From: a virus
Lineage: Duplodnaviria > Caudoviricetes
DNA: 57,987 bases
Strand: one strand, 5' to 3'
Virus record (IMG/VR): IMGVR_UViG_3300006805_000031
Coordinates: 1-57,987 of that record
This document shows, piece after piece, positions 47,847 to 57,987 of the stretch. The notes under the pieces are model-generated. The model made no database searches, was not told the origin of the DNA, and was given only the letters and a program-made list of their open reading frames with translations. Made by a program: the position numbers and the translations under genes. Position 1 is the first letter of the stretch; each line of letters begins with the position of its first letter.

Positions 47847-50800
47847 ATGATTAGACGCACCAGGGACATTCTCCCACGGCTAGAGCTAAGAAAACAGGAT
47901 CGCCGAGCTGGCAGCTACCCAAATGTGGCTCGTAACGGCTCGGCCGATTCTGGTCGTGCGCCTATCACATATGTGGATCAGCCCGTCATTTTCAATGACG
48001 GCGTGCAAGTCAGCATGCCAACAACGCTGCAGTCAGGCACAATCCACCTGCCTGATGACTTGGCTACAGACATTTTTGTTTCTTCACATGTCGACAAAAA
48101 CGCCATTGAGAACTTTGTTGCCCAAGTATCGCACCATAGCGAATACCTGCCATACAAAGAAGTGGCTATCCACGAAGATCAGATTCTGGACTCAGACTTC
48201 TCTCTTGGCAGCAAGCGAATTCCCGGCTTCTCTGAAAAACTAAGGGATAAGTCTGTTTACCGCTTCGAGCTTCCCATTTCAAGCTCAACAGTTATCCCTG
48301 GCAACTCTGGGTCTGCGCTTTACTACAACTTCACAGACAAGAAGTTTGATGTAAAAAGCACATATGATCAAACCGTTGATAGCGGTGCTGCGGTTGCGGA
48401 TTTGTCATTTTTTGGACCATGGGCGTCCACAACATATGCCGGAGATAGATTTTTGGCTTTTGACCCTATGGGTCTACCAAACATCCCTGGAAAGTCAAGC
48501 TATCTTCTTGGGCTTGAAGATAAATTGACGGATGGCTCTGGCGATAGCGTCTTTGAGGAATACACAGGCGTACCCGCAGGATTTGGCGAATATCGAAGGT
48601 TCAATGCTGAGTCTATCTACGGCCAACTTTATCGTAATCCAATCAAGGGCGAATACCAAAGACTATCACTCGCCCAGCCAAATGGAGACTTTTTGGCAAA
48701 GCTTGGTTACACCGACACCTACCAAATTCGACGTGCTGTAGGCACCGTAGACTTCTCAGGTAGTTTTGTAAAGACCTCAGGTGCCCCAACTGCACACCAG
48801 CAACTAGCAGCAAAAAGCTTTCTTGGGCTTGACCAATTTTTGATTGAAAAGATCATTGTTGAATTCCCAATTGAGGCGGGCCCCAGCTGGAACAACGATA
48901 GGTTCTCGGTGACCGCAAGTTGTCTGTCTGATGCATCAGCCTACCCACCAAGCTCTTACAGTAACCAGCTGATTCCGGCTGGAAATGTGGTTGCGATGGG
49001 TGGCCCAGCCGTGACTTTTGCTGTGCTCATGGATGTTCCAGGCTTTGGTCGAGAGATTATTGGCTCCGCCTCTTTCGCCCCATTGGCGGAGAAGACCAAA
49101 AGCCTAAAATACATGCCCCATTTCTATTATGGCGCTGCAGTTGATTTGGGCGTCCCGCCTGCGCCTTTAACATTCCCTCTTCCAGTGCAGGCAAATGCAG
49201 ACATCCTTTTTGAGGAGGGGTTGTCAGATCCAACCAGGACATCAGGCGATGTCGTTAATTTTAGCTTCTACCCGACACCAAACGAAAGTGGATTTTTCTC
49301 CGGCACTGTCAGGCTTGAAATTGAACCCGGAATCCTTAGGGGGCACACAAGTATTCACACACACCTCACGGCCTCCACGGTCAGTGGATATCCTGTGGAT
49401 TTTGATCGTCGAATCAACGGAGATCATATCATCGGCTTCTTTGACGCTGGGAGAACAACATACAATAGCAACAGTCCACACGACTTGATCGGGAGCACCC
49501 CCGGCTTGCCGGTGTCCGATAGCTATAAGTCCGATCTGGCATTGTGTACTGGCACAATCGGCGGATTGATGTCGCTGCAGGTGCAAAGGAATTTTGACCC
49601 GGTGCCTTATATTCTCGATATTGCAAACAATCTAACGTTTGCGATCTTCAAGAATGCTCCTTGTCCGGATGATGTTTTGAGTGAATACAACACAATGCTT
49701 GGCACCACCACATTCAAGGCGCTTGTGTCTGATGCGAAATCGCACGACATCAAAATCGCAAAAGGGGCCATGCGGATCTCCATTTACGGCTCTGACGTGT
49801 CTGGAGGACGAGAGCGGCACAACTCACTCAACCAGAGTCTGACAAGTAACGAAATTCATGAAGTTATTGGCGGCGAAACTATCATTGATAGATTCGAGAC
49901 CTCTTATCCGTATCAGCTGAAAGACGGGTACACGTCCCGTCATGTAACTGGCGTGTTTGAGGTTCAGCCCTTCACTGTTGGCCCAGACAATATTCGTCGC
50001 CGGCAAGAATATACCACCAATGTCTTCTTCGAAGATGCTGGCCAGTGCTTTGATAAAACATACACCGATCAGGACGTTGAAGGTCATCCAGAGCTTGGAA
50101 ATTATCGATGGTCTGAATCCGGGTACAGCTTAAGCACTGGGATGGCTGCAAATGTTGATGACCGACGTGGTGTCGGAAAGTATGTTTCTGATTTCCTGCC
50201 ACAGGACAAAGTTTATTGGGACTCTTTGCGACCTAATCTCGGAGAGCAGTCAGAGTACTACAAAGCTGGCATGATTGGGCTTTACTACCCAATTCATATG
50301 AATCTTCACTCGGCAACAATTCGAAGATTCCCATTCGAGAATGACGCCAGCGACAATAGAACATATGACAACTCGTATGTTTATGGCGGAACAACCCTAG
50401 GAGGCAGAATCGTCAACATTGACAAGGATGGCATTTCTGGCTCATTCACAAGAACTTTGACTGATGATGGGTGGCTACTGGATCCTTACCGGTCTTCATA
50501 CGACACTGAAGGCAATCCCTTGGCTTACGAGCGCTCATTCGTTGATGCAATTTACAAACACGGGGATGCATTCAACCCCAAGACGGCCACAACCTCAAAT
50601 CTGTCGCCATCTGACTCTGTAAAGCTGCTTTGGGGGTTTGGAGATGCGGTGTTGATTGACAAAGACAATGTCTCTAATCCGAATTTCCCGGCACCAAAAA
50701 TCTATTACAAGAGTACCGGCATCGGCCCTCGTTCACCGGGCGTTGGCTATGGCGTTGCGGTTCGTGGCTGGAAGTATGGCCTCTATTCTGGGTTCCCTAC

Positions 50801-51089
50801 ATCTGGAAAAACAGTTTTGTCTTCTCGGCATCACGGTTTCATTCGTGATGTCTTTGAGCAACCATACGAAACAAAGTGGTACGACAAAACAACCGGGCGG
50901 CCACTTGAAGCTGCAATCCAATGTCGGTTCTATGATCAACTGGGGAATCTTACGTCGGCTGAGAAAACCTGGTCATCGAACCTGAGCTACGAGTGCACGT
51001 GTTCTGTTCCGTATGACGATGGAAAAGTCAGAAATCGTGAAGAAAACATTGATATCACTCAGCTGAATATCTTCTCTATTTTGGTGTAA
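47847..51089 (+). CDS. Large virion structural protein (1080 aa)
   Basis: Long ORF in the tail region with CTAATTA upstream; no family recognised. Confidence 0.55.
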   Translation: MIRRTRDILPRLELRKQDRRAGSYPNVARNGSADSGRAPITYVDQPVIFNDGVQVSMPTTLQSGTIHLPDDLATDIFVSSHVDKNAIENFVAQVSHHSEYLPYKEVAIHEDQILDSDFSLGSKRIPGFSEKLRDKSVYRFELPISSSTVIPGNSGSALYYNFTDKKFDVKSTYDQTVDSGAAVADLSFFGPWASTTYAGDRFLAFDPMGLPNIPGKSSYLLGLEDKLTDGSGDSVFEEYTGVPAGFGEYRRFNAESIYGQLYRNPIKGEYQRLSLAQPNGDFLAKLGYTDTYQIRRAVGTVDFSGSFVKTSGAPTAHQQLAAKSFLGLDQFLIEKIIVEFPIEAGPSWNNDRFSVTASCLSDASAYPPSSYSNQLIPAGNVVAMGGPAVTFAVLMDVPGFGREIIGSASFAPLAEKTKSLKYMPHFYYGAAVDLGVPPAPLTFPLPVQANADILFEEGLSDPTRTSGDVVNFSFYPTPNESGFFSGTVRLEIEPGILRGHTSIHTHLTASTVSGYPVDFDRRINGDHIIGFFDAGRTTYNSNSPHDLIGSTPGLPVSDSYKSDLALCTGTIGGLMSLQVQRNFDPVPYILDIANNLTFAIFKNAPCPDDVLSEYNTMLGTTTFKALVSDAKSHDIKIAKGAMRISIYGSDVSGGRERHNSLNQSLTSNEIHEVIGGETIIDRFETSYPYQLKDGYTSRHVTGVFEVQPFTVGPDNIRRRQEYTTNVFFEDAGQCFDKTYTDQDVEGHPELGNYRWSESGYSLSTGMAANVDDRRGVGKYVSDFLPQDKVYWDSLRPNLGEQSEYYKAGMIGLYYPIHMNLHSATIRRFPFENDASDNRTYDNSYVYGGTTLGGRIVNIDKDGISGSFTRTLTDDGWLLDPYRSSYDTEGNPLAYERSFVDAIYKHGDAFNPKTATTSNLSPSDSVKLLWGFGDAVLIDKDNVSNPNFPAPKIYYKSTGIGPRSPGVGYGVAVRGWKYGLYSGFPTSGKTVLSSRHHGFIRDVFEQPYETKWYDKTTGRPLEAAIQCRFYDQLGNLTSAEKTWSSNLSYECTCSVPYDDGKVRNREENIDITQLNIFSILV

Positions 51090-51090
51090 C

Positions 51091-53319
51091 ATGAGCGACA
51101 AAGACGGCGGAAGGAAGCTTAGAAAGTCTGGCGCTGGCGTTGTCATCAACGTAGTGGAGACAAAAGACGTTGAGGTTGGAACCCCCACTCAACCGAAAGA
51201 TCTGACGGTTTGGGGCGATCTAATTGTCAAGGGTTCTCTTTCGGCAACAGGGATCACTGGTGCGCCTGGTGGCATCACTGGTGGTATTACTGGTCCGAGA
51301 GGAGCAACTGGAGCAGCCGGGCCTCAAGGCGCCACTGGACCTCAAGGCGCCACTGGACCTGCAGGTTCCGGAGGTGGAGGAACAACTGGTCCTACTGGCC
51401 CAAGAGGCGCAACAGGGGCACAAGGCACAACAGGACTTCAGGGTCCAGCTGGGCCCACTGGATCTCCTGGACCCGCCGGACCAGCTGGAGCTACAGGCGC
51501 TGGTGTAACCGGACCAGCTGGCCCAACGGGCATTCAAGGGCCGACTGGCATTCAAGGGCCGACTGGCGCTCGGGGAGCAACTGGAACACAAGGCCCAACT
51601 GGGCCGCAAGGCATCACAGGATCTACTGGACCAGCCGGAGTGGGCTCCACTGGACCTCAAGGTGCCACGGGAGTACAAGGCGTCACAGGAGCAGTTGGCC
51701 CCACAGGTCCACAAGGAGTTACAGGCTCTGGCGTCACAGGTGCACAAGGTCCAACTGGGGCAGCCGGACCAACCGGTGCTCGGGGGGCAACTGGAGCGGG
51801 TGTCACTGGCCCACAAGGCGCAACTGGAACACAAGGCCCAACTGGCCCAAGAGGCGCAACAGGGGCACAAGGCGCAACAGGTGTTCAGGGCCCCACGGGC
51901 TCACAGGGTGCCGCTGGCCCAACCGGGGTAGCTGGGGCAACTGGACCTCAAGGCGCCACAGGTTCTGGTGTAACGGGCCCACAAGGGCCAACCGGCACTG
52001 TTGGCCCAGCTGGTCCTACAGGCGCCAGAGGTGCCACAGGGACAGGTGTTACAGGCGCCCAGGGCCCAACTGGGGCAGCCGGTGCAACTGGGCCCCAAGG
52101 AGTAACTGGAGTGGGCGTTACAGGCCCGCAAGGAGCTACAGGGTTGCAAGGCGCCACTGGCCCCCAAGGCGCAACGGGACCTGCAGGTTCTGGAGGGGGA
52201 TCCAGTACACCAAATTATTCTATTGAGGAGGAAAGGTATTTGCTGCAGGCTCCTGCAGCAGTCACTGTTGGAACTTACCAGCGAGTTGGAGTCAAGACGA
52301 TTCATGCTGGCATGTGGCCTCTTTCTCAAAGCTCTTATTTGCTGAAAGCGGATCTATCTGTCATTGTCGAATCCCCAACAAGTGACATTAGCTATTTTGA
52401 ATTTCGCAGTATTGAGGATTCTGCTTTGGTTGCAACAATGTCGGACTCCTCATCGGCAAATAGGAATGTCCCACACGAGCTTATTAAGCAATTGTCACTA
52501 GGCGCCACCTATGGGACTCTCAGAACTGACGCTAAGCGAACATATGAGCTTTACGCAAAAAACAACACTTCGCCCAACGCAAGCCTCATCTCTTCGGGGC
52601 TGGTAAGGTTTTCTTACTACCAACCCACAGACCCAAGCCTGCTTCCTCTTTCCTCATTTTTTCTGGGCGAGGATTATAGTGCCTTGACAGGAGCTTGGGC
52701 CGGCCGCCCTTCTGCGGGCAATTCTGGTTTACTGTCTTTCTCCTATTATGCTGGCGGAGGAGTTCCCGCAACAGACACCACGGTTTCTGGGAAAATTGTG
52801 CCCCGCCCTGGTTCAATTGCTGCAGCTCAGGGTTTCTACACCAGCGCACTTTCGGACTTCATGTCCGCAACCGCAGGAACCATTGTCTTGGCTCAGAAAA
52901 TCAATTCTGCCCCCCTCGATGCTGGCGACGACACAGATGGAGGAATTGCATATGAGACTTCTGGCTACCTTAAGATCACGGCAAGGACAACCGGGCCAAC
53001 AATTCGCACAGATCTTGATGCTGCAACATCGGCCACAGATAACGTTGGAACTGCTTGGCACATCTACACATTGAGATGGGATGCTTCCGCAAACAAATTC
53101 CAGGTAAGGATAAACCGGGGTGCCTGGCAAGACATATCTAAAACAAATCCATGGGTGACGACTGGAGCCATTTATTTTGGCCTAAATCCCATTAACGCAA
53201 ATTACTTAGACATCACCATGGGCGGCGTTGTCTCCTCTCTTCTGGCTCTCTCAGACTCAAATATCTCAATTATTGAGTCGTACCTAGCCACTTACGTTGG
53301 CGGAATCACATTGGCTTGA
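51091..53319 (+). CDS. Collagen-like fibre protein with C-terminal LamG-like domain
   Basis: About 100 Gly-X-Y triplets (GPT/GAT/GPQ) at ~51250-52200; C-terminal [10 protein letters not shown]...QVRING LamG-like strands. Confidence 0.85.
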   Translation: MSDKDGGRKLRKSGAGVVINVVETKDVEVGTPTQPKDLTVWGDLIVKGSLSATGITGAPGGITGGITGPRGATGAAGPQGATGPQGATGPAGSGGGGTTGPTGPRGATGAQGTTGLQGPAGPTGSPGPAGPAGATGAGVTGPAGPTGIQGPTGIQGPTGARGATGTQGPTGPQGITGSTGPAGVGSTGPQGATGVQGVTGAVGPTGPQGVTGSGVTGAQGPTGAAGPTGARGATGAGVTGPQGATGTQGPTGPRGATGAQGATGVQGPTGSQGAAGPTGVAGATGPQGATGSGVTGPQGPTGTVGPAGPTGARGATGTGVTGAQGPTGAAGATGPQGVTGVGVTGPQGATGLQGATGPQGATGPAGSGGGSSTPNYSIEEERYLLQAPAAVTVGTYQRVGVKTIHAGMWPLSQSSYLLKADLSVIVESPTSDISYFEFRSIEDSALVATMSDSSSANRNVPHELIKQLSLGATYGTLRTDAKRTYELYAKNNTSPNASLISSGLVRFSYYQPTDPSLLPLSSFFLGEDYSALTGAWAGRPSAGNSGLLSFSYYAGGGVPATDTTVSGKIVPRPGSIAAAQGFYTSALSDFMSATAGTIVLAQKINSAPLDAGDDTDGGIAYETSGYLKITARTTGPTIRTDLDAATSATDNVGTAWHIYTLRWDASANKFQVRINRGAWQDISKTNPWVTTGAIYFGLNPINANYLDITMGGVVSSLLALSDSNISIIESYLATYVGGITLA

Positions 53320-53320
53320 T

Positions 53321-54301
53321 ATGGCATATTCATACGATATTGGTGGAACATCACCAGCCACTGGTGCAGTGGCAATGTTTAGGTTTAAAGCGACCTTAAA
53401 AGCTGCTGGGTGGACAGTCACAAAATCAAGTGACGGCACAACCTACAATTCCAGTGGCGATCAGATCACCTCTGGGGCAGCCGGCGCCAATGGCATGGCC
53501 AACAACAATGCATGGTTTGTCATCAAATCCCCATCTGTTTCGTTCCCACGCTCCATTTGTGTACAACGAGGCACAACAAATTTGCTTTGGAGGGTCAAGT
53601 ATTCGGGGACAGCTGGGTATGTTGGTGGCTCGCCCGCAGCGGCCGTAACTCCATCTTCAACAGATGATCAGATTCTGTTTGGGGCGGGAACCGACGCCGC
53701 CCCAACATTCACGCAGCTGCTTTCCGCAGACAACACATACAAGATCAATGTGGTGGCTGGCGGCGCCGCAGAATACTACTCATTTATGTTCTTCACAAAC
53801 ATCAATGGTTCAAGCACGATCACATCCTACTTTTTTCTGGACCCAATGCTCCCAGGAACTTACCCAGTTGCTGACGTTGATCCGTGCGTTATTGACCTTG
53901 GCTACAATAACGCCTCAAACCTAAATACAAACCTTACAGCAGTTGCAACATGCCCAAGGGGTTGGTTAAGAAAAGGTTTGGCCGGAGAAGGCTTTGTTCG
54001 AATCCCGTGCTTGTTTTTGTTTGGTAATTCCGCCGTTGTCTATCCAGGAGGCGCTGGTCAGAACTCGTTCACTACAAATGACGAAACGATCCCTGTCTCA
54101 TATGCCCGACCCGCCGGACAGCCAGCACCTGCAGGATGGAAGGGGGTCGGGACACTAATTTACCTAAATGGGGTGTTTCGAGCCAGCGGCGACACCCTTT
54201 CCGCAAACTCGACAAAAGATAGATTGATTTTGTCTGCGTCGCCAACATCCACAGCTGTGTACATTTCCATTCCGTGGAACGGAACCGATCTTTTGGTGTA
54301 A
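53321..54301 (+). CDS. Putative tail-fibre-associated structural protein
   Basis: ATG 2 nt after the upstream stop; LKAAGWTV motif; Gly/Ala/Thr-rich beta protein. Confidence 0.6.
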   Translation: MAYSYDIGGTSPATGAVAMFRFKATLKAAGWTVTKSSDGTTYNSSGDQITSGAAGANGMANNNAWFVIKSPSVSFPRSICVQRGTTNLLWRVKYSGTAGYVGGSPAAAVTPSSTDDQILFGAGTDAAPTFTQLLSADNTYKINVVAGGAAEYYSFMFFTNINGSSTITSYFFLDPMLPGTYPVADVDPCVIDLGYNNASNLNTNLTAVATCPRGWLRKGLAGEGFVRIPCLFLFGNSAVVYPGGAGQNSFTTNDETIPVSYARPAGQPAPAGWKGVGTLIYLNGVFRASGDTLSANSTKDRLILSASPTSTAVYISIPWNGTDLLV

Positions 54302-54302
54302 C

Positions 54303-54611
54303 GTGGCCACATACACATCCACCATTCTCCCCGCCACAGTTGCATCAGTCTCCGCCAGAACCCCTTTTTACGCAACAAGGCTCCCGGCAAGATTAGCGAG
54401 AAGGATCGAATATGTGGCATGCAGAGCATCATCGCCTTGGTTGAGCTACCGTTCCACTCGAACAATTTACGTGTTTCGTGGCCAAACCGAAAATAACGCA
54501 TATGTCCTGTGGTCTAACTTCACAGGAAGTGCTTTAGACGCAATGCCAAAAACGGCAACAAAAAACATTGTCTCGATTGGGTCTTGGGAGATCGCTGATG
54601 GCAACATATAG
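54303..54611 (+). CDS. Small hypothetical protein (paralog A)
   Basis: GTG start 2 nt after the upstream stop; MATYTSTILPA...YVFRGQ. Confidence 0.55.
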   Translation: MATYTSTILPATVASVSARTPFYATRLPARLARRIEYVACRASSPWLSYRSTRTIYVFRGQTENNAYVLWSNFTGSALDAMPKTATKNIVSIGSWEIADGNI

Positions 54612-54819
54612 TGCTACTATTCTGCTTTTCCCCGCCGACGCCACCGGCCACCTCCCATTCGTGTACACTTTTAGGGCAAGAGATTCTGCGGCCCCACGGG
54701 GCCTCGGGTATATCACCTGGACATCAAGGTACCTTTTGGGCTATGATACAGCCCCAACCCCATATCCATTCGGCGGCCCACTAGAGGATCTAAAAATCAT
54801 CTCGGTAGCAGCTGCCTAA
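54598..54819 (+). CDS. Small hypothetical protein (paralog B)
   Basis: ATG at 54598; MATYSATILLFPA...YTFRAR. Confidence 0.55.
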   Translation: MATYSATILLFPADATGHLPFVYTFRARDSAAPRGLGYITWTSRYLLGYDTAPTPYPFGGPLEDLKIISVAAA

Positions 54820-54839
54820 CCCTGCAAGAAAGTCGTTAC

Positions 54840-55226
54840 ATGCCACGAGAAAACACTGATTGGGTCGCTATTGCTCGTAGCCTAGGCCACAACAAGCTTA
54901 TTTCAAAACAGCTTGCCTTCGCCTTCTCGGAGACCAAAGGGTGGCATCTGTTAAGAGACCCTAAATTCTTGAACTTTTTCCAGAACGCTCTAGAGCTGGA
55001 GGATGACACGTGTGGTTCTGGCTGCTGCAGCTCACGGAGGGTTGTTGGGCCCAACGGGTGGGTTGAGTTCTACCTTGACCTTGGCGGCAAAGACGGCTCA
55101 TGGCATATTTCACACGGGCATCTTTATGGAGTTCAAGCCGGCTTCCAAAACTACCCAGAGTGGCTTGCTTGCTACCGCCGCCGATGCAAACTCATTCAAG
55201 CTGGTCGAATCCCAAAAAAGGCATAA
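54840..55226 (+). CDS. Hypothetical protein (128 aa)
   Basis: ORF with CGSGCC; no family recognised. Confidence 0.45.
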   Translation: MPRENTDWVAIARSLGHNKLISKQLAFAFSETKGWHLLRDPKFLNFFQNALELEDDTCGSGCCSSRRVVGPNGWVEFYLDLGGKDGSWHISHGHLYGVQAGFQNYPEWLACYRRRCKLIQAGRIPKKA

Positions 55227-55842
55227 CAGACTCATTCATCCATCGCTTGTAGCCGGAAGGTGTCGAGTGAACCCCATCAGGCTGCGGCAATGACAAATTC
55301 CTGCTGTCAAAATAGCTGCACCGATGAGCGATGGCCGCATTCTGAATCAACCCAGGGACAGAGCTTTCCTTCTTTCGGATGAGCGGCGGCCCAACCCAGA
55401 GACAGTGATTGGTGCGCTCTTTCACTGCGTCCAACAGTGCATCAATTGAAGACTCGCTTGTCTTTTGCTCGTAATCATTGGAGCCAAGCACCAGAATGAT
55501 CGAACCGAATTTACCTTGGGGGATCCCTTTCGCCCAATAAGAGATTCTTGACCCAACTTTACATCTTTGGGAGATCTCAATGCCTTCTTTTTTTGCCAGC
55601 TGGTAAATGGAAGTTCCCATGCCGCATGCTTGAGAGTCACCAATAACAAGTACGTTTTTTAGCACTGGGGCGGGTTCGTCGGCTATTGGCCTGAACGGCT
55701 CCGTGACATACACAACAGAAATGTCTTGATTTGTGTCTGCTGTCTTCACCTCACTGCCTTTAGTTGCTGGTGATTGCGCATTTGTGCACGAGCAGAGCGC
55801 AACCACAAGAAGCATATAGAGTAGCCTCGAAATAAAAGACAT
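55192..55842 (-). CDS. SGNH/GDSL hydrolase, predicted lipoprotein
   Basis: Signal peptide ending ALCSC; IGDSQ, KVGS, LGSND, PDGVH. Confidence 0.82.
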   Translation of the reverse strand: MSFISRLLYMLLVVALCSCTNAQSPATKGSEVKTADTNQDISVVYVTEPFRPIADEPAPVLKNVLVIGDSQACGMGTSIYQLAKKEGIEISQRCKVGSRISYWAKGIPQGKFGSIILVLGSNDYEQKTSESSIDALLDAVKERTNHCLWVGPPLIRKKESSVPGLIQNAAIAHRCSYFDSRNLSLPQPDGVHSTPSGYKRWMNESVMPFLGFDQLE

Positions 55843-55882
55843 GTCTTTAGCCTAGTGCATTTCGCTATCTAAGCGAAAGCCT

Positions 55883-56137
55883 ATGACTGCAAGAAGAGTA
55901 TTTCAGCCTCAGGAAGGCCCCACTGGGCCTGCTGGTCCAACAGGGGCGCAGGGGGCAACAGGAGTCGGAACGCCAGGTCCTGCAGGCCCCACTGGACCTG
56001 CTGGTGCACCTGGCCCACAAGGTCCCACTGGCCCCGCAGGCCCCTCTCAGCTGATCAACTATTTCAGTATTGACGGCGGCGGCGTAAGCTTGGCTGCGAC
56101 CGGCATATTTAAGGTGGATTTTGGGGCCACATCTTAA
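55883..56137 (+). CDS. Small collagen-like protein (84 aa)
   Basis: About 14 Gly-X-Y triplets; C-terminal IDGG..VDFG; CTATCTA upstream. Confidence 0.65.
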   Translation: MTARRVFQPQEGPTGPAGPTGAQGATGVGTPGPAGPTGPAGAPGPQGPTGPAGPSQLINYFSIDGGGVSLAATGIFKVDFGATS

Positions 56138-57987
56138 ATGTCATACGGAATTTTTCAGTTTAGAAGAGGTACAGCGTCTGAATGGTCTGGCGCAAATCCA
56201 ATTCTTCTTTCTGGCGAACTAGGTCTAGAAACAGACACTTCTCTTTTTAAGATTGGTGATGGGGTAACACCCTGGAATTCACTTGCGTATGGTGGGGTAA
56301 GAGGAGTTACTGGCGCCCAAGGTGTTCAGGGGCCAACAGGGGCACAAGGCCCTGCAGGCGCAACTGGATCTCAAGGTGTAACAGGCCCTGCAGGGCCGCA
56401 AGGCTCGACCGGCGCCCAAGGGCCGCAAGGCACTCAAGGTCCAACAGGGCCACAGGGGGCTACTGGCTCTGTTGGCTCCACAGGGGCAATCGGGCTTCAG
56501 GGTTCAACTGGCGTGCAAGGAGCCACAGGTGCACAAGGCGCCCAAGGTGTAACAGGCCCACAAGGAGCCGCTGGGGTGACCGGATCCACTGGGCCAACAG
56601 GTCCTAGGGGTGCAACTGGCGCAACCGGGCCACAAGGTTCAATTGGACCAACAGGCCCACAAGGAAGCACTGGGTCGCAGGGGGCCACAGGCATTCCGGG
56701 CGCAACCGGATCTGATGGTGTAACGGGCCCTGCAGGTCCAACTGGTTTGGTTGGTGCAACCGGGGCACAAGGAGCAACCGGGTCAATCGGCGCAACTGGT
56801 CAACAAGGCGCACAAGGCGCAACTGGCCCTACTGGCCCACGAGGAACGACTGGAGTAGCGGGAGCAACGGGTCCACAAGGTTCTCAAGGCGCCACCGGCC
56901 CTACTGGCCCACGAGGCTCGACCGGGGCACAAGGAGCAACGGGCCCACAAGGCTCAACTGGTGTCCAAGGCTCAACCGGCCCAATTGGGCCCCAAGGAAC
57001 CACTGGGGCTGTAGGACCACAAGGCCAAACCGGAGCACAAGGTGTTACAGGGGTCATTGGCCCAACTGGCTCTCAAGGGCCACAGGGTGCGACCGGCATC
57101 AATGGCGTTACTGGCGTTCAGGGCCCTCAAGGTTCAACGGGAACGCAAGGGGCTACTGGCGCTCCGGGCCCGCAGGGCCCAACAGGCTCAATTGGTACAA
57201 CCGGAATTCAAGGTCACACTGGCTCAATCGGCCCCACAGGACCGCAAGGCGCTCAAGGAACCACAGGACCGCAAGGTAACACGGGCTCAGCTGGGGTTCA
57301 AGGCCCCACAGGCCCCCAGGGAGCTACAGGTACCCAAGGAGCCACCGGCACACAAGGCCCTGCAGGGGCTACAGGCACAACAGGACCTGCCGGCGCACAA
57401 GGTGCAACTGGAATCCAAGGAGTAACAGGAGTCGACGGCCCAACAGGTGCCCGAGGAGCCACAGGTGTTCAGGGGTCCACTGGCGCCCAAGGCCCCACTG
57501 GTGCGCTTGGCCCACAAGGTGTCACCGGCTTTACAGGCTCAATTGGCCCCCAAGGCGCCACTGGAGTAATTGGAGCCACAGGTGCCCGAGGAGCGACAGG
57601 CATTCAAGGTGCTACTGGAACTCAAGGGCCGACCGGGTCAATTGGTCCAACCGGCACTCAGGGTGTCACTGGCTTGCAAGGTCCAACTGGGCCAATTGGC
57701 TCTACAGGGCCACAAGGCCCTCAAGGAGTCACTGGCCCCACTGGAGCCCAAGGGCTGCAAGGAGTGACTGGACCACAGGGTGTAACTGGGGCCACTGGCC
57801 TACAAGGCCCAACTGGCTCGATTGGGGCTACTGGTGCTGCTGGGCCAATTGGCCCAACAGGTAGTCAAGGCCCCGCTGGCATTGATGGAGTTACGGGCGC
57901 AACTGGCCCCGTCGGCCCACAAGGTGTCACCGGCCCTCAGGGCCCAACTGGCTCTCAAGGACTTCAGGGCGCTACTGGCCCAACAGG
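56138..57987 (+). CDS. Long collagen-like tail fibre with Mtd_N/hyaluronidase-type N-terminal anchor, truncated by window edge
   Basis: Not in the ORF track because there is no stop. ATG at 56138: [52 protein letters not shown], then Gly-X-Y in the same register at 56294 and at the window end. Confidence 0.9.
   Translation, partial: MSYGIFQFRRGTASEWSGANPILLSGELGLETDTSLFKIGDGVTPWNSLAYGGVRGVTGAQGVQGPTGAQGPAGATGSQGVTGPAGPQGSTGAQGPQGTQGPTGPQGATGSVGSTGAIGLQGSTGVQGATGAQGAQGVTGPQGAAGVTGSTGPTGPRGATGATGPQGSIGPTGPQGSTGSQGATGIPGATGSDGVTGPAGPTGLVGATGAQGATGSIGATGQQGAQGATGPTGPRGTTGVAGATGPQGSQGATGPTGPRGSTGAQGATGPQGSTGVQGSTGPIGPQGTTGAVGPQGQTGAQGVTGVIGPTGSQGPQGATGINGVTGVQGPQGSTGTQGATGAPGPQGPTGSIGTTGIQGHTGSIGPTGPQGAQGTTGPQGNTGSAGVQGPTGPQGATGTQGATGTQGPAGATGTTGPAGAQGATGIQGVTGVDGPTGARGATGVQGSTGAQGPTGALGPQGVTGFTGSIGPQGATGVIGATGARGATGIQGATGTQGPTGSIGPTGTQGVTGLQGPTGPIGSTGPQGPQGVTGPTGAQGLQGVTGPQGVTGATGLQGPTGSIGATGAAGPIGPTGSQGPAGIDGVTGATGPVGPQGVTGPQGPTGSQGLQGATGPT

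Noticed and set aside
51210-52329. Long alternative-frame ORFs (338 aa, 216 aa, etc.) over the collagen region
   Set aside because: Shadow ORFs produced by the stop-poor GGN-rich repeat; the same applies at 56497-57767.
56138-56293. Diversity-generating retroelement suggested by the Mtd_N-like domain
   Set aside because: This is only the N-terminal anchor. No reverse transcriptase or TR/VR repeat pair is seen in the window.
1-57987. Stop-codon reassignment, inteins or introns, as seen in some large phages
   Set aside because: Genes tile densely in the standard code with TAA, TAG and TGA all used as stops. No intein (C...HN) or homing-endonuclease insertions were noticed in terminase, primase, Rad50, PhoH or ClpP.
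1-57987. Bacterial chromosome or eukaryotic giant virus origin (ClpP, GroEL-like, GTs, collagen, Mre11-Rad50 fusion)
   Set aside because: T4-like terminase, gp25/gp6 baseplate genes, gp55-like sigma and overlapping operon structure indicate a tailed phage. The host cannot be assigned from this window.

Overview
A 58-kb segment of a large tailed (contractile-tail, myovirus-like) bacteriophage genome in the standard genetic code. I saw no rRNA, tRNA, CRISPR array or IS element. The left arm (1-25.8 kb, almost all minus strand) carries a terminase large subunit running off the left edge, an Mre11-Rad50 (SbcD-SbcC) fusion, a DnaG-type primase, a RuvC-like resolvase, a block of probable virion/baseplate proteins, PIN-PhoH, ClpP and a degenerate GroEL-like protein. 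The right arm (26.5-58 kb, almost all plus strand) carries three glycosyltransferase genes, a short UDP-sugar dehydrogenase, a Dam-type adenine methyltransferase, a solo Cas4-like nuclease, a T4 gp55-like late sigma factor, baseplate genes (spike, gp25, gp6/J, gp7/I-like), an SGNH-esterase tail protein and collagen-like fibres, the last running off the right edge. The most striking element is the ~680-bp non-coding gap at the strand switch (25813-26491). It holds six related hairpins built from tandem G.A mismatches and GNA/GNNA mini-loops: three fold on the + strand (left) and three on the - strand (right). Five phased 11-bp TTGATCTAGGW repeats lie among them, and the gap has about 20 GATC sites. 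It is a candidate bidirectional origin or ssDNA-signal element. Two recurrent promoter-like motifs (CTANNTA; TANNNT with leaderless spacing) are also visible. All protein calls come from reading motifs by eye; no database search was run.
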